From Balanoglossus misakiensis (Eukaryota > Animalia > Hemichordata), in the NCBI GenBank assembly GCA_040954595.2, contig CM082577.2:13895903-13959902 (forward strand): 64,000 nt of DNA. Direction: 5' to 3'. Made by a program: the position numbers and the translations under genes. Positions 27,003 through 40,339 of the stretch are shown piece after piece; within the stretch, counting starts at the first letter, position 1, and every line of letters begins with the position of its first letter. The notes beneath the pieces are model-generated. The model was given only the letters and a program-made list of their open reading frames with translations. It made no database searches and had not been told where the DNA came from.

Positions 27003-28750
27003 TTAAATTAATACCAGGTTCACACAGGGAAAATTCGAAATGTTTAAGAGAGACACTATTTGCCTATGGTAAACACAGAGCATTAATCCTTTGATTAGCT
27101 ACGTGTCCACATACACAAAGTTTTTGCACAGATGCTGTGGCTCGGTCCCATAGACAATGGGTTATGGAGAGGTGTTATTCCTTACACCGGCCGTGGTCTG
27201 GCTGGAGACGTTTCAGGACCACTTGAACTGTTAATAATTTATGCCAGTATTTGATCTGAGACATTTTAGAAACATATTAATGGTCCCTATGTGACCCCCA
27301 TATAAAATTGGCAGTTTAATCAGTAATGCTCTGAGAGTGAATCTGACAATAGAGAAAATTGTCATGTATCATTGTCATGGCTTTCCGGTGGAGTGCACAT
27401 GGGATAGGCAATAGACTGGTTATGCATGAAGGATCACCAATTATGTATGAGGTGCATGTATATTTTATTCAAGACAAGAGTTTAAATGAATTTTGGACAT
27501 TTTGTGCCATATCACACTGTTCACTGGCATGGACTGATAGAGTATGGGAGGAGGGGGTATTTCTTGGGCAAAATTTCCGCCATTGGTCAATGCATAACTG
27601 TAACAAGTTTAATGCTTTTAACCCAAAGTGCACGATTTTTTGGTTAACCATCCCACTAATAAACTTGATCACGTTGTTGGATCTAGCCATGCTAGATAGT
27701 GGGAATTGTAACAAAAATTACTTTGTATTTCAAAAGCATACTGAATTTGGCTTCATCCGATTTTCATTAAAAAAAACTGTTAGTTTGACATATTCAAATT
27801 GACGAAGGACCCTACTAATCAGTAAAGGCATATACATTTTTATAGTGATTCATCCATAGACAAACAATTGGTGAAAATTGCTGACTCAGCAGATTTCTTC
27901 TATTATCGACTGAATTCGCAGCCTTATATTTCGAAAACAAGTGCGGTGACCCCTATATTTTATTACAGATTTTCATAAGGAAGGAGATGATTACTGGAGG
28001 AAGGAAAGGGAGCAAGCATGTGTCTTTCTCTTCTTGGATGTCGTTCTTAACAGTAAATGATGCATATATTTTGTCTACATCAAATAATTATTGGAAACAT
28101 ACATCATAACACTGTTTTCTTTTTTTATATTTCAGGTATTTGAAGATTAGTTTCAGTAGTAGGGTATTACAAGATGTTCATAGCAACCAAAATGATCCAT
28201 TAGCAGGAAGTAATTGCCAAACAGTGTACCCATAATAGTTTCAAGCCAAATATCTAGCAATGCATTCAGACAATTGCCATCAGCCATGGACTCTATGCCA
28301 AGAACCTTTTCTGTGAGATGCATGTTAATAAGCACTTATACATTTATAGGACTGTAACTCATGATAATCATACATTGCAGTGTCCAGGACTCATGACTTA
28401 GATGGAGCATTGATAGCAGACAAGATAGTGATGCCCAACAGGTAGTACATCTGCTCTAACAGCAACAACATTTATTTCATTTGATCACTTCAACTCTGTG
28501 GTCATAAAAAAAACCCTGTGAAACTGCAGAATGTAAGGACCATGGACTGCCATGAATTGCTGACTAGACATTCTTTTCTTTAAAACTGTTCGTCAGATAA
28601 GAATTTGTTTTAAAATTTAGTAGGCATGTTCCAAGGGGTAACCCAAGTAAGATGTTGTAAAGCATTTAGTGAAATGTGCATATTTGTGCTTTTGCCACTT
28701 TTGAACCATTATTGTTTTCTTTGAAACAGGGCTCTTTGAAACTGCATTAA

Positions 28751-29482
28751 GGTGGCACTGCATGAAACCGTCAAGACTTTTTCAGAGGCCTATTTCTCAT
28801 CAAAGACAAAGTTAAAACCCCCATAAACCATATATATTCTGGAAGCTGAGATTTTGAACTTTTGTTTGAGTTGCAAATATTATTGATCCCCGGAAATGGT
28901 GGCGATTTTGGGTGAAAAAACCATTTTTTGATATTATGTCATGAAATTTAAAATAGGTAAAAAAGTTGACCATGCATCATGCATCTTAATATGTCATTCA
29001 AAACTAGAGTACACTTGCAAAAAAACGCTAATTTTGTTTTGCGTTATCTGCTTCCATTGAGGAGTAACAGCGTTTAAAAGTTAGATTTTCAGAAAATTTG
29101 ATCAAATTCACGGTGAGTTGTATTGAATCAGAGTTTATTCCCGCCAGGGACACTTTATCGACAAACAAAACTAGCGTTTTGTTGGATGGGTCATACACAA
29201 TTCCCTGTCAAAATTTGAGCAAATTCGGCCAACGCAGGGCGAAGCTATTTTAGTCCGAAGTTGTCAAAAGCAGCGAAAATGCAAACCGAGAAAAACGGCC
29301 ATTTGCATTGTTGACACCTATTTGTTAAGCTGTGAACTCATTCAGAAAAGTGCTATTTTGGGGTGATTATGCACCATTTCCGCCAAGACGTATTAGTCAG
29401 GGTGTGGGTCAGTATAAGGCCTACCGATTTAAGTAAAAAAGTAAAATTTGGCAAAAATCACAACTTTTCATGCAATGCCACC
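28751..29482. mobile_element. Kolobok-like MITE
   Basis: 17-bp TIR GGTGGCACTGCATGAAA / TTTCATGCAATGCCACC (1 mismatch); TTAA on both sides. Confidence 0.85.
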
Positions 29483-30861
29483 TTAATATGTTGATTAGAT
29501 GACAGTTTTTCTAAACCAGGACAAGATTTCGACAATTGCGTTTACGGACGATAGATTTTTCGTAAGAAACAAATGGCTGTCGCTTATCCCTTATGCTGCC
29601 AAAGTTTGTGAAGCTGGTTTGATTTCCAGGTTGCCTAGAATCCTGGCACAAAGGCCTGTTTGGCTGCCAAGTGTGTGTTACTCGGTAGGGCCTTTACAAG
29701 ACCCTCAGCCAAACCAGTGAAAACCAGTACTATATAGTACATTTTGCGGGGGTCTAAAATGCAAAGGTATGTCAAATTACATTATATTATGTACCGGTAT
29801 GTGAGCCATACCGTTCAAAATAGGTTTAGAAAGAGAAAATGGCATATATATATTTTAAAGGACTTGACACCCTAAACAGGTATGACACCCATTAGTGTTA
29901 GGGTTAAACTGATCATGTCATGAAATAAAGCATCTGCCATATTGGAATTTACAGTGAACGTCCAAATGCACACCAAATTCATACAGCTGGTTTTGAAAGA
30001 AGACAGCTCTGTGAAGGATAGTTCTTTTAAATGATCATGGTATGAATTCATAAAAAAATTACATTCAACATCAGAAGTTTACTTTGAACACACAAATGAT
30101 GCAGTGTTGAAATGCCTCTACAAACCCATGAATTGATATAAAAAATTATGAATATCAGCCAAGTTTTATCATTCATTCCTCAAAAAATACCCTGTGACCC
30201 ATGTAGAAGTATGGTCTCGGTAAAAGGTTCCAATGCTCGTCCCATTCTATTGTTGCAGCTGAGCATTTCAAAGAAAATCTCATTTGCATATAGGTAAAAG
30301 CAAGCTTTGGTTACCAATTTGGTGGACACTTTCATCAAAAAATAAAAGTCTGATTTTGTCTCATTTCATGTCATAGCAAGAAAGTAGGACTGCTACTGTT
30401 TATGGAAACATATGTTAAAAGATAACTTTCTGAAGAATTTTTCTGATACAGCCAGTCATTTTATGATATGCAAAACACCTACTACGGATGTGACCTTCAT
30501 TTTTTTCAGAGAAAAACTTTCACAAAGGAACACAAGAACAAGTTAAATATACATTTCATTTCATATTTGATGAAGAGAAAGCTTAGTGAAAGATGTAAAC
30601 CAGTTTGCAACGGTTAAAAACCATATTTACTTACTCATACAGGAAACTGTAACATACGTCAGTTAATTTGCATTGCTTAAATTCAGGAACTGTGTCATAC
30701 ACTTTCAATATTTTAACAACAATGTGATAATAAAGCTCCACATTCTATATAGGTGGGTACAGATACAAGAAGTCTTCATTAGGTTAGCCGAAGTAAGAGT
30801 TTGAGACAAAGTTTATAAAACACAACCCAGTTTTTAGGTCCCATTGGTATAGGCATATATA

Positions 30862-31207
30862 TGTGGGGGTGAATTTATTGAGCAAAGCTCTTTATATCGG
30901 ACTTCCGTGAAACCACGAACTGGTACAGAACAGTACTGCGATGCGTGCGACTCGCAGATTTCCAAAAACAACACTGAACTCGAAATTCCAGAATGTCAGC
31001 TCCAAAAATAGTCCATCGGACGCGGGGAAACCCATGAGCACCGATTGGCTCAAACCGTAGGATTTTGCTACATTTGACGTCAGTTTCACCGGCAATGCAT
31101 AAATTAAAGCTCAACCAAATCCGGTTTTTGCATCAAGCTCAAGCACTAAAAACACGAAACAACATGTAAATCATCAAAGATATTTCCTTTTCCCAAACCT
31201 TACGATA
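30862..31207 (-). repeat. BEL 3' LTR (346 bp)
   Basis: Matches the reassembled 5' LTR (345 bp); about 3 substitutions and 1 indel seen by eye. Confidence 0.95.
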
Positions 31208-31393
31208 TTCTCCGGCGGGCCCAAAGTGAAAATCCGACTGAAAGTCATTTTAATAGGCTAGAGTCAATGTACGAAATCGTCGAATGAATATCGATGGGAA
31301 AAGTTGTCGAAATCTAACACTGAAACAAACACAGCAAAAATATGCGAAAAGTTCTGACACTAATGTTTAATGTCATAGAATCGTCCAGATTGT

Positions 31394-34300
31394 TCATAAG
31401 TCCTTGATACAATTCTGGATCAGTTGTCGGGCAGCGATGGCTGTTTTCCGTTTTGGACGAACACTTCGATGGTCGTCTGGTTGCGTTGTGTCTTCGCGAT
31501 CCACTCCTCCTTGAGTGAACGCAGGAACGTCGTGTTCAGGACGATCGTCCGTAGTTTCCACACAGTTGGGTGACTGCACCTCCAGCGGGTAAAGTTTCTG
31601 GATTGGTCGATTGGTTTTACCCGATGATGTCTTGATTTCTGTAGATCTTACCAGACCATCGTTCCCGTAATAAAGTTTGAGAACTTTGGCCATTCTCCAT
31701 TTCATTCGTTTGTCCACATCACTGTGTACAAGTACTATGTCACCAACCTGAATAGAATTGGTTTTTGTACCAGTGGCAGTCAGTTGATGTCGCTCTCTGA
31801 GGGCGGTGAGGTATTCGGTAGACCATCTCTTCCAAAAGTCAGACAGAAGATGACACAAATGACGGTGTCGCTCATTGAGTGTGTTGTGGTTTCCATATGA
31901 TGGATCATTGTATTCATCTAGGTCCACAGGCAAGTTCGGTAGAGGCGTTAATGGTCGACCGTTCAGTAGATGTGACGGAGTCAAGGCAACCGGGTCATCC
32001 TCAGTTGTAGACACATAGGTCAAAGGTCGATCATTGAGCGTCCCTTCAATCTCCGCGAGAAGAGTGCGTAGTTCTTCGAACGTGATAAACGAGCGACCTA
32101 GTACTTTTTTGATCGCGGTCTTCGTCAGGCCAATTAAACGTTCCCAAAACCCACCATACCAGGGTGCGCGTTTTGGTATGAAAGTCCAAGTGACGCGATG
32201 TTCAGAAAGTTCTTTCTTGACTTCAGCTGACTCGAATAAATCACGGAGTTCGTCAGCAGCAGAAAGATATGTTGAAGCATTGTCCGATAACATTTTCGTA
32301 GGTAGAGATCGCCGTGCTGCGAAACGTCGAAATGCCATCATAAAGGAGTGAGTGCTCAGGTCTGGCACAAGTTCAAGATGGACTGCACGTGTTACTGCGC
32401 ATGTAAACAAGCACACGTAACATTTCATTTCTTTCTTGTCTGTTGTTTTGACGAATAAAGCTCCTGTGAAATCAACTCCCGTTACCGTGAACGGTGGCAC
32501 CATGTTTACACGATAGTCCGGTAATGGTGCAGTTAATGGCTTTTGATACGGTTTGCCATCAACACGTCGACAAGTTACACATTTGCGCGCGATAGACTTC
32601 ACTGCGCGTCGAATCTGCGGTATCCAGTAGCGTTGTCGTAGTGACGTGATGACGGATTGAGTTCCACCGTGTTTGAGTCGGATATGATCATGTCGAATAA
32701 TCAGATCGGTAAAATGATGACCATTGGGCAGTAGGATGGGGAACTTGGTAGCGAAATTTACCGGTGCGTTATGTATGCGTCCCCCGCAGCGTAGAATTTC
32801 GTCATCATCAATGAAAAGTTTCAGCTGTCTTACTAACGGACCGTATTTCTTGTTTTGACCACGTAGCGAATTTATGGTATCGCGGTATGTGTCGCTCTGG
32901 ATTTCTTTGATCCATATGATTTCTGATTCATTGATCTCGTCAGCTGTGATCGGTCCGCGTGGTACATCGCTTCTGTGTTTCAGTATAGACACAAAGCGGC
33001 GAACATATGCAGTAATTCGAAGGAGTTTGTTTAGAGAACTGTAGTTTGATGCGTCAATAGCATGTTGAATTCCAACGGGAATCTCGCTCGGTGCGACAAT
33101 TTCTGACGGCGAATTTATTTGTGGCGACTCGCGTGTGTACGGTTCATTGTGCGGCAAGTTGCAATGAACGGCGTAGTCATCATTGACAGCAGGCAATACA
33201 GAACGTACCCCTTCGGAGGGTAAACTAGCTAGGTGGTGGACTGAAGTGTCGTTTTCCTCAGTCGTGACCTCACCAAAGTTCGCGATTGTATCAGTTTGTT
33301 CCTCGAACAATGGGGAGTCAAACAGATGGCAGATAGGACAACTATCTTTCGTTGGCAACCACTCTGGTCCTTTCCACCAGAGTTCAGACTTGTTCAGCTC
33401 TTCAGCAGAAATTCCGCGTGTAAGAAGATCAGCGGGATTGTAGGCGGTTGGACAGTATTTGTAGTCTTGTGGGAAATCTTTTATTTCCTTCACTCTGTTT
33501 GCTGTGAAGATAGGCAGCTTTTTATCGCTATTTATCCAATGTAGTACGATCTGCGAATCTGACCAAAGAACGCGTTTTGTGAAGTTGTATTTTGAAGATA
33601 GCGCGTCGCACACGAATTTACTCAGTCGAGTGGCGATAACAGCGGCCACCAGCTCCAATCTGGGCAAAGTCAGTGTCTTGTTGTTGATTGGAGCCACGCG
33701 GTTTTTAGCCATGACAAGTGCGGTTTCGTTATCTTTCTTTAGGTAAACAACAGCACCGTAAGCTTTCATTGAAGCGTCAGCGAAAACGTGTAGTTCGCAG
33801 TCGGTATTGACTGGCTTGGCAGTCTCAGGAAAATATTGCCGGTTCAATGCAGTATTGGCGCTTTGATTCAAATTATCAGCGATTGTACACCATGCGTTTG
33901 ACATGTTGTCCTCGAGGGGCTCATCCCAATGTACATCGGCTTTCCATATTTCTTGGATGAGTAGTTTTGCTTTGACATGCACGGGTGAAAGTAGACCCAG
34001 CGGGTCATACAGTGACGCTGTATGACTGACCACGTCGCGTTTAGTGGGTAGCACGTTTGGGGATTTATCAGCGATATCTTTGTACGTGAGCGTATCATTT
34101 TCTGTGTTCCATTGCATTCCGAGAGTATTTACACGCGGTGACGGATTTAGTTTGTTGTCATTCTCAGCAAGTGTACGCACAGTCATTGTTCGATGACCAC
34201 GAACGCAAGTTGAAACCACAAGAATCCATGAGTTTGTTGGATTCCGCGTAGTATGTTTTGGCTTCAGTTTCAGAAGCGCATCCACTGATTACATCATCAA

Positions 34301-37054
34301 CGTAAATATCTCGCTTCAAGTCCGAGGCGGCGGGAATTTCCGTATTAGCTTCTAGCTGCGTCTTTACAACGGCGTTGAGTATGAATGGGCTACAAACCGC
34401 TCCGAATAAAACCGATTTGAACTCAGGAACTGATATGTGACGAATTCACTTTCGGTGTCACTCGCGTTTGAAAGCCACAAGAACTTTGTGAACTTTCTAT
34501 CGTGTGGTTCAAGTCGTATTTGAAGGAATGCCTTCTCGATATCGCTAGCGATTGCGATCGGATTTGCTCTGAAGCGCAGTAGAATGGACGTTAAATCGTT
34601 CAATAACGGTGGCCCTGTTAACAAACAATCGTTCAGGCTTGGAGACGTGTTGTCGCCTTTGCAACTACAATCGTAAACGATACGAATGGGTGTGGTCGCG
34701 GAGTCTTTTTTGACGTGTCTATGCGGCAGGTAGTGACCACCTTCAGGGTTGTTGTTTTCGACGCGTTCAATGAAACCCTGTTTTTCTTGATCAGCGATGA
34801 CTTTATCGTATATAGTTAGAATGTCCGAAGGAAGTCTGCGTATCATTGCGCGTGTTCTATTACTAGCAACACGAAAGTTAGTAGGTAGCGGATCATGGTC
34901 CGGTTTCCATGGTAACTTGGCGACGAAGTGATTGTCCTCGCGACGAAGATGCGTATCTCTATATGCTTCGAATTCGGCTTCTTTGGTGAGCTCGGTGTCG
35001 GTTCGCGATACGTTGTCTTTTATGCCGATGGACTCTAAGTCCCAATATGAAGTTATCGCGTTGTCATTCAAAGTGTCCGTAATGACATGGAATACGTTCG
35101 CAGCAGTAGTAGATTTCCCTTTCAGTTTTGGGCCGGAGAGTAAGTAGCCGAATGGCGAACTAACGGCGGTAGGACCTTGACCGCGGATAATTTCGTTTCC
35201 TACAAAACTCCAGTAATAATCCGCGCCTATGAGAATATCAATATCGTAGCACCCGTCGTTCGAGACAGGGTGGGCCAAACGGAGGCCCTGCAAGTACGGT
35301 AATGTCAGCAGATACGGATCCACATGATTTTTGAGGCCCGCGGAAATTTCGGGAATCAGAAGCGCGTCAATTGGTAATTTGTTACCAGCTATGGTGTGGA
35401 GGTCGAAAGTCCCTTTCTTCATGGAACGCATGCGTGTGTGTTTATTTCCGAAGGCGGCGAGATTGAGCGATTCTGAGCGTGAAATATTGGCGCGAACGCG
35501 ATCGGCGAAACTTTCTGTTACGAATGTACGGTTCGCCCCTTCATCGAAAAGTACTGTGGCGGTGACGACAGTTCCGTTGTTTGCGGAGACTGGGATTTTA
35601 GCAGTTTTCAATAGTACCGGACCGGTCAGTGCACTACTCCCGGATGAGAAGTGCACCTGTGTATTTTCTGACATTGATGAACGTCGTTCGCTGTCATTTG
35701 CAGAATTGTTCACTTTGTGTCCCTTGTTTCGTTCAGTTTGACGGCCACTTTCACTGCGGGACTCGGTTTGCTTTCCGGCTCTATTGTTGCGAACAAAGTC
35801 AGTTTGATGTAGCGAAGTATGATGTTTGCGTTGACAGTGTCTGCACGAGTATTTGGAAATGCATTTTCCGACTACATGTTTTCCCAGACAGTTATAGCAA
35901 AGTTTGTCTCGGCGTACAATCTCCATACGTGACTTAGCATCAGATACAACTGTGCAATCGTTTGGTGAATGAGTTCCTTTGCAGTAGACGCAGGGACGTT
36001 GCTGATTTGGTGACCGAGAAAATCTCTGCCCTCGAGTCGTAGAATTGGAATGAAAGGTGGCGATGGTTGCCGGGTGGCGATGGACATCACTGTCGTTGCC
36101 TACAGATCTGGCCCTTATTTCACATAGGACGGCTTTGCGGAGATCGGGCAAGTCCCAGGGAACTTCTCCGCGAGAACGAGCCAGTATTTGCTGTACCTCT
36201 GTGGGTAGTTTTTCCAGTATCATGGGTATAAGTAGTTTCCCATATGAAGTTTCTTTCTCTCCCAGAGCGTCTAGACCGCGTACGTGGGATTCGTGTGTAT
36301 CGTAGAATTGACGTAGACTTGTTACATCAGCAGTCGGGGTGGGAAGTTCCCACAGAGCTTTCATATGAGCGCTGATGATCGTTTGCGTTTGACCGTATCT
36401 TTCCTTCAAAATTGCTATAGCGTTGGCATAATTTGCCTCGGTAAGTTCAAGTCCTTCAATGGAGCGTACTGCCTCGTCCGTTACGAGACTTCGTAGGTAC
36501 GTGAACTTTTGAACGTTAGAAAGTGAACTGTCCTGATGAACAGATGCGTTGAATGTATCCATGAAGCTTACCCATTTCAGTGTGTTCCCTGCGAAAGTTT
36601 GGAGCTCGAGTTTGGGTAGTTGAACCGTTTTTCGTTGGGCGACGACTGGCCGCGTAGATTCGGCCGTAGAAACAGCTGCGTTTCGAATTGTAGTGAAATC
36701 ATGTTGATGAGTTTCGATAAACTGTCCGATGAGTTCTTTTCTCTCTGAAATTGTAACTTCGTAGTCGCCTGTTTCTTCGACATCTCTATCGGTTTCGGGA
36801 TCTGGAGTGTTGTTGAAAATCTGTTCGTCGATGGCTGCGAGTCGCGAATATCTCGTCAGGACGAGAGCGTAGGTTGCTTTGATTGTAGCGTAGACTTGTG
36901 ACTTATCGGCCTCATCGTTTGAATCGTTGTATTGCGCGATTTCTCCTTCTGCTTTGTTGAAAGCCTTCGTAAGTTGCGATCGGCACACTGTTCTTCGTTT
37001 CTTGAGATCGGGAAGAGGGTTTTGAACCGCTGGTTGTTCGGCGTTGATAGACAT
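31394..37054 (-). pseudogene. BEL/Pao Gag-Pol polyprotein (Gag, Cys-His knuckles, protease, RT, RNase H, integrase), two frameshifts
   Basis: ATG at 37054. Motifs LPKLELQTFAG, CVYC..H..C, CYNCLGKH..C, LFDEGA, RIVYDCS, DIEKAFLQI, YVDD (third frame, 34293-34304), LHVFADAS, PRLEL, GVDFTG, SDNAS, PWYGGFWERL. Frameshifts near 34425 and 34185. Confidence 0.95.
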
Positions 37055-37067
37055 CACGGAATCCGAT

Positions 37068-37085
37068 ATCCTGGTCTCGGCACCA
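37068..37085 (-). other. BEL primer-binding site, tRNA-His-like
   Basis: TGGTGCCGAGACCAGGAT a few bases inside the 5' LTR; one mismatch to the complement of the invertebrate tRNA-His 3' end as I recall it. Confidence 0.7.
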
Positions 37086-37361
37086 AAATAATGTGGGGGT
37101 GAATTTATTGAGCAAAGCTCTTTATATCGGACTTCCGTGAAACCACGAACTGGTACAGAACAGTACTGTACCGTGGCCGAAATCGACACACGGTGTAGGT
37201 TTCAAACCTACACTGTCCCTTTGCTACAAAATGCGCGCGTACGGTGTAGGTTTCAAACCTACACTGTCCCTTTGGTGAAACGAAAAAAGCAAGTGTAGGT
37301 TTCAAGTAGTGTCCACAATGTTGTGATCAATTTACATGAGAACCTTTTAATTTCTGCACAG

Positions 37362-37555
37362 GTGGTTCCAACTGTCTACAGAGATTACCCTGCAATACAG
37401 ATGAATTGGAAGATCATGCAAGTGTACCTAATTATGTGGGAGATTGTCAAATTACTGACTATTTGAATACCATCATGACTGAAGAACTGCCACCTAAAAG
37501 CCCTGCAGAAGCTAAAAGGTTGTATAGGACATTATTGGATATTCTGTTGAACTAA
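37362..37555 (+). pseudogene. Probable last exon of the IS3EU-like transposase
   Basis: Acceptor TTTCTGCACAG; open frame GSNCLQRLP...GDCQITDYLNTIMTEELPPKSPAEAKRLYRTLLDILLN*, resembling C-termini of eukaryotic IS3-like integrase proteins (recall only). Confidence 0.5.
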
Positions 37556-39132
37556 GTGCAACTTTTGACAATGTACAGTACTGCTGAACATGTATTATGT
37601 TTGACTGGCTTACTAATTGAGCATCTTTGAAAGGCATCATTTTTCTGACCATTCATTTCAAAATTCGACCTACATTTTTTGCGACTGATAGATTGTAATT
37701 TTGGGCAAGAACCTGACTAAAATGGCAGCCTGAACATGAACTTTGCAGGCGAGTGTATTTAAAGATATTTTGCCAGCTTTCCATACATAATTTCAGGCAT
37801 GGAAATTCCTGGCGACTGTGACACAACAGATCTTTGTAAATCTGTACACAGACAGAATGCAGAGGGTGTTCTTGTATCTGAACTTTATGGAAAATATAAT
37901 GTAAATATCTGTTGTATTATATAGTTATAGTCATGATGAGTTTATTCATTTGCATTTTGAGTAATAAGTGTAAGAATACAGACACATGAAATTTACTGGT
38001 ACAATGTTCAGAAACACAATTTAGTAATGCACTTAGAACCATTAACTTTGACTACTATAATTTATTGAATACACTTCATCTTTTGCTAATTAAATTCTAC
38101 AACACAACTACAGTGTATGTGACTGTTTATTTCTATTTCTATTTATGCGAGGGACAAAAAATAAGTTTACTCAAGAAAGAAGTTCAGCTTAACAAACTTT
38201 TATGTCATGTTTGGTGTTACATTCAAACAAGCCTTGAGGAAGGCATATAGTTTCTAGATATAGAATAAATTGTCAATAGTAGCAATGTTGGAATGTATCA
38301 CAATGAAAATTGACATGCAAACATAAATGTCATAGGCACTGAACTAAGTAATATCAACTTTAATGACTGAGTGATGGATTTGGACATGGAGAATTTATCA
38401 ATATACGCCTTGCATAAGGTATAGTCCCTGTAGTTACTAGTACCGGTAGTTACTCGAGGCTCAACCTGTTTTTTTTGTGTTTTTTTCTCTTCATTTCATA
38501 GCTTAAGTGGGATATCATTATCAAACTAGTCTTGGTAGCTGCAGTTCAATGAATGTAAACAGCTGGACTACCACTTGAATTATTTTGTAGGCCAAATAGA
38601 CTTTTGAGTAAGTAGTCTGTTGATACGGGACTACTTGCAATTTTGAGCCCTACGTGTACATGAACACAAGTCGTTGAAGATGTAATGTGATATAATGTTA
38701 GCGAATAAGTCCTGTAGCATAGAGTGTGGAAAATGGATTAACCTGTTTACTTTGCCATGGACATTAGTCAAATTTATAACATGTAAACAGTTGTCAAATC
38801 ACAGCCAATCATAATGCATCTTTTCCAGTCTTGTTCATCGAAAAAGTACAGTCCATCTTGGAAACTTGTCATCATCACAGTCAATTAACCAATCAAATAC
38901 CTTCGAATATGTACATGTACCCAGTCCATAAGAAGCAACATGCACTTTGAATGGTTTGTTTCCTAGGATGTACATTGTTAATACTTTAACAAAGGTGGTT
39001 ATAGAAGTTACAAGACAGTAGAAAAGTTGAAATTACAATCATCATCTAAAAGTCTTTTTTCTTTACAAATGTTAACAAGTTCACTGACATACATGTAGTT
39101 CAAGTAACAGCTATGATCAAGTCTGAGCCATC

Positions 39133-39380
39133 TTACACTTGGCCAAAGCCTGCACTGTTAAGAATGCCAAATTCCATAATCTCTTTGAACTTTATGTAGG
39201 ATTTTACAACAGGTATTCTTAGTATGTTTCCACATGTATTTGCAATTGGAAATAGCTTTTCATCAGCTTGAGCCCTACGAAAATCCAAAGTGGGGGATGG
39301 CCTAAATCCAAGTGGAGGTTCCTTGTCCAATCCAGTGGCAAATACTACTATGTCCTTCAATGTCACATCTGCCTCGCCCT
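39133..39380 (-). CDS. Terminal exon of a HECT E3 ubiquitin ligase (G2E3-like C-lobe)
   Basis: Acceptor TTTTTCCATTTGTATAG; LKDIVVFATG..EPPLGF.PSPTLDF...FPIANTCGNILRIP...GFGQV* with the catalytic Cys motif and C-terminal Phe. Confidence 0.85.
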
Positions 39381-39509
39381 CTATACAAATGGAAAAATAG
39401 GGAAATACAGGTGCACTAATTAATATCAGCTTTTTTGAAAGTCATTGGTATACTTTCACACGCAATTTAAAGTATAATAACTATGACTTAATGAGTGATT
39501 GGATCTGCA

Positions 39510-39552
<43 letters not shown>

Positions 39553-39632
39553 ATGTATGTATGTATGTATGTATGTATGTATGTATGTATGTATGTATGT
39601 ATGTATGTATGTATGTGTGTATGTATGTATGC

Positions 39633-39665
<33 letters not shown>

Positions 39666-39676
39666 TGTGTGTATGT
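39510..39676. repeat. (TG)n/(TATG)n microsatellite
   Basis: Direct read. Confidence 0.95.
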
Positions 39677-40339
39677 ACCGGTATGAATGTATTATATTAA
39701 TTATGTCGAGGTTTGCATATATTGAAAATTCGGGCTACAGTCAATCTAGTGATTTTAGTGGATTGAGGCTTTCAACAGTTACAAGCAACCGAACACATAC
39801 TGTTCCTTTACAAGTAAGTACCGTGGACCTCGCCACAAAACAAAAACAAAAACAAAAACAAACCAACAAACAAACAAATAACAAGACAATGTCTACATAT
39901 AACACGCGAAAACATCAAATATCTTTATAATCACTCACCTCCTTACCCAGGCGAGACTCCGTTTACCTGCGGCTGTTCGTTTGTTCGCAAAAACTCATAC
40001 TCCAGTACTGTACTTCCGGTGGACACTACTTGAAACCTACACTTGCTTTTTTCGTTTCACCAAAGGGACAGTGTAGGTTTGAAACCTACACCGTACGCGC
40101 GCATTTTGTAGCAAAGGGCAGTGTAGGTTTGAAACCTACACCGTACGCGCGCATTTTGTAGCAAAGGGACAGTGTAGGTTTGAAACCTACACAGTGTGTC
40201 GATTTCGGCCACGGTAGTACTGCGATGCGTGCGACTCGCAGTTTTCCAAAAACAACACTGAACTCGAAATTCCAGAATGTCAGCTCCAAAAATAGTCCAT
40301 CGGACGCGGGAAACCCATGAGCACCGATTGGCTCAAACC

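Larger units (their letters stand above)
37169..40216. mobile_element. IS3EU-like DNA transposon, internally deleted
   Basis: TIRs 37169-37316 and 40019-40216 starting TACCGTGGCCGAAATCGACAC; 6-bp TSD GTACTG (37163-37168, 40217-40222). The empty site is visible in the other BEL LTR. TAY..RTA termini with a 6-bp TSD fit IS3EU. Confidence 0.85.

Noticed and set aside
28153-28335. DGNCL motif suggesting an OTU protease
   Set aside because: Single short motif in a 60-aa frame with no supporting downstream motifs; at most a decayed remnant.
37055-37189. N-terminal 45 aa of the 941-aa ORF
   Set aside because: Chance read-through from the IS3EU TIR, LTR and PBS; the plausible start is ATG 37054.
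37193-37306. CRISPR-like palindromic repeats (GTTTCAAAC core) here and at 40030-40191
   Set aside because: Spacers are near-identical, the arrays are mirror images forming transposon TIRs, there are no cas genes and the context is eukaryotic.
39491-39930. ORFs with CMYV repeats (also 22478-22813, 8675-8906)
   Set aside because: Translations of microsatellites.
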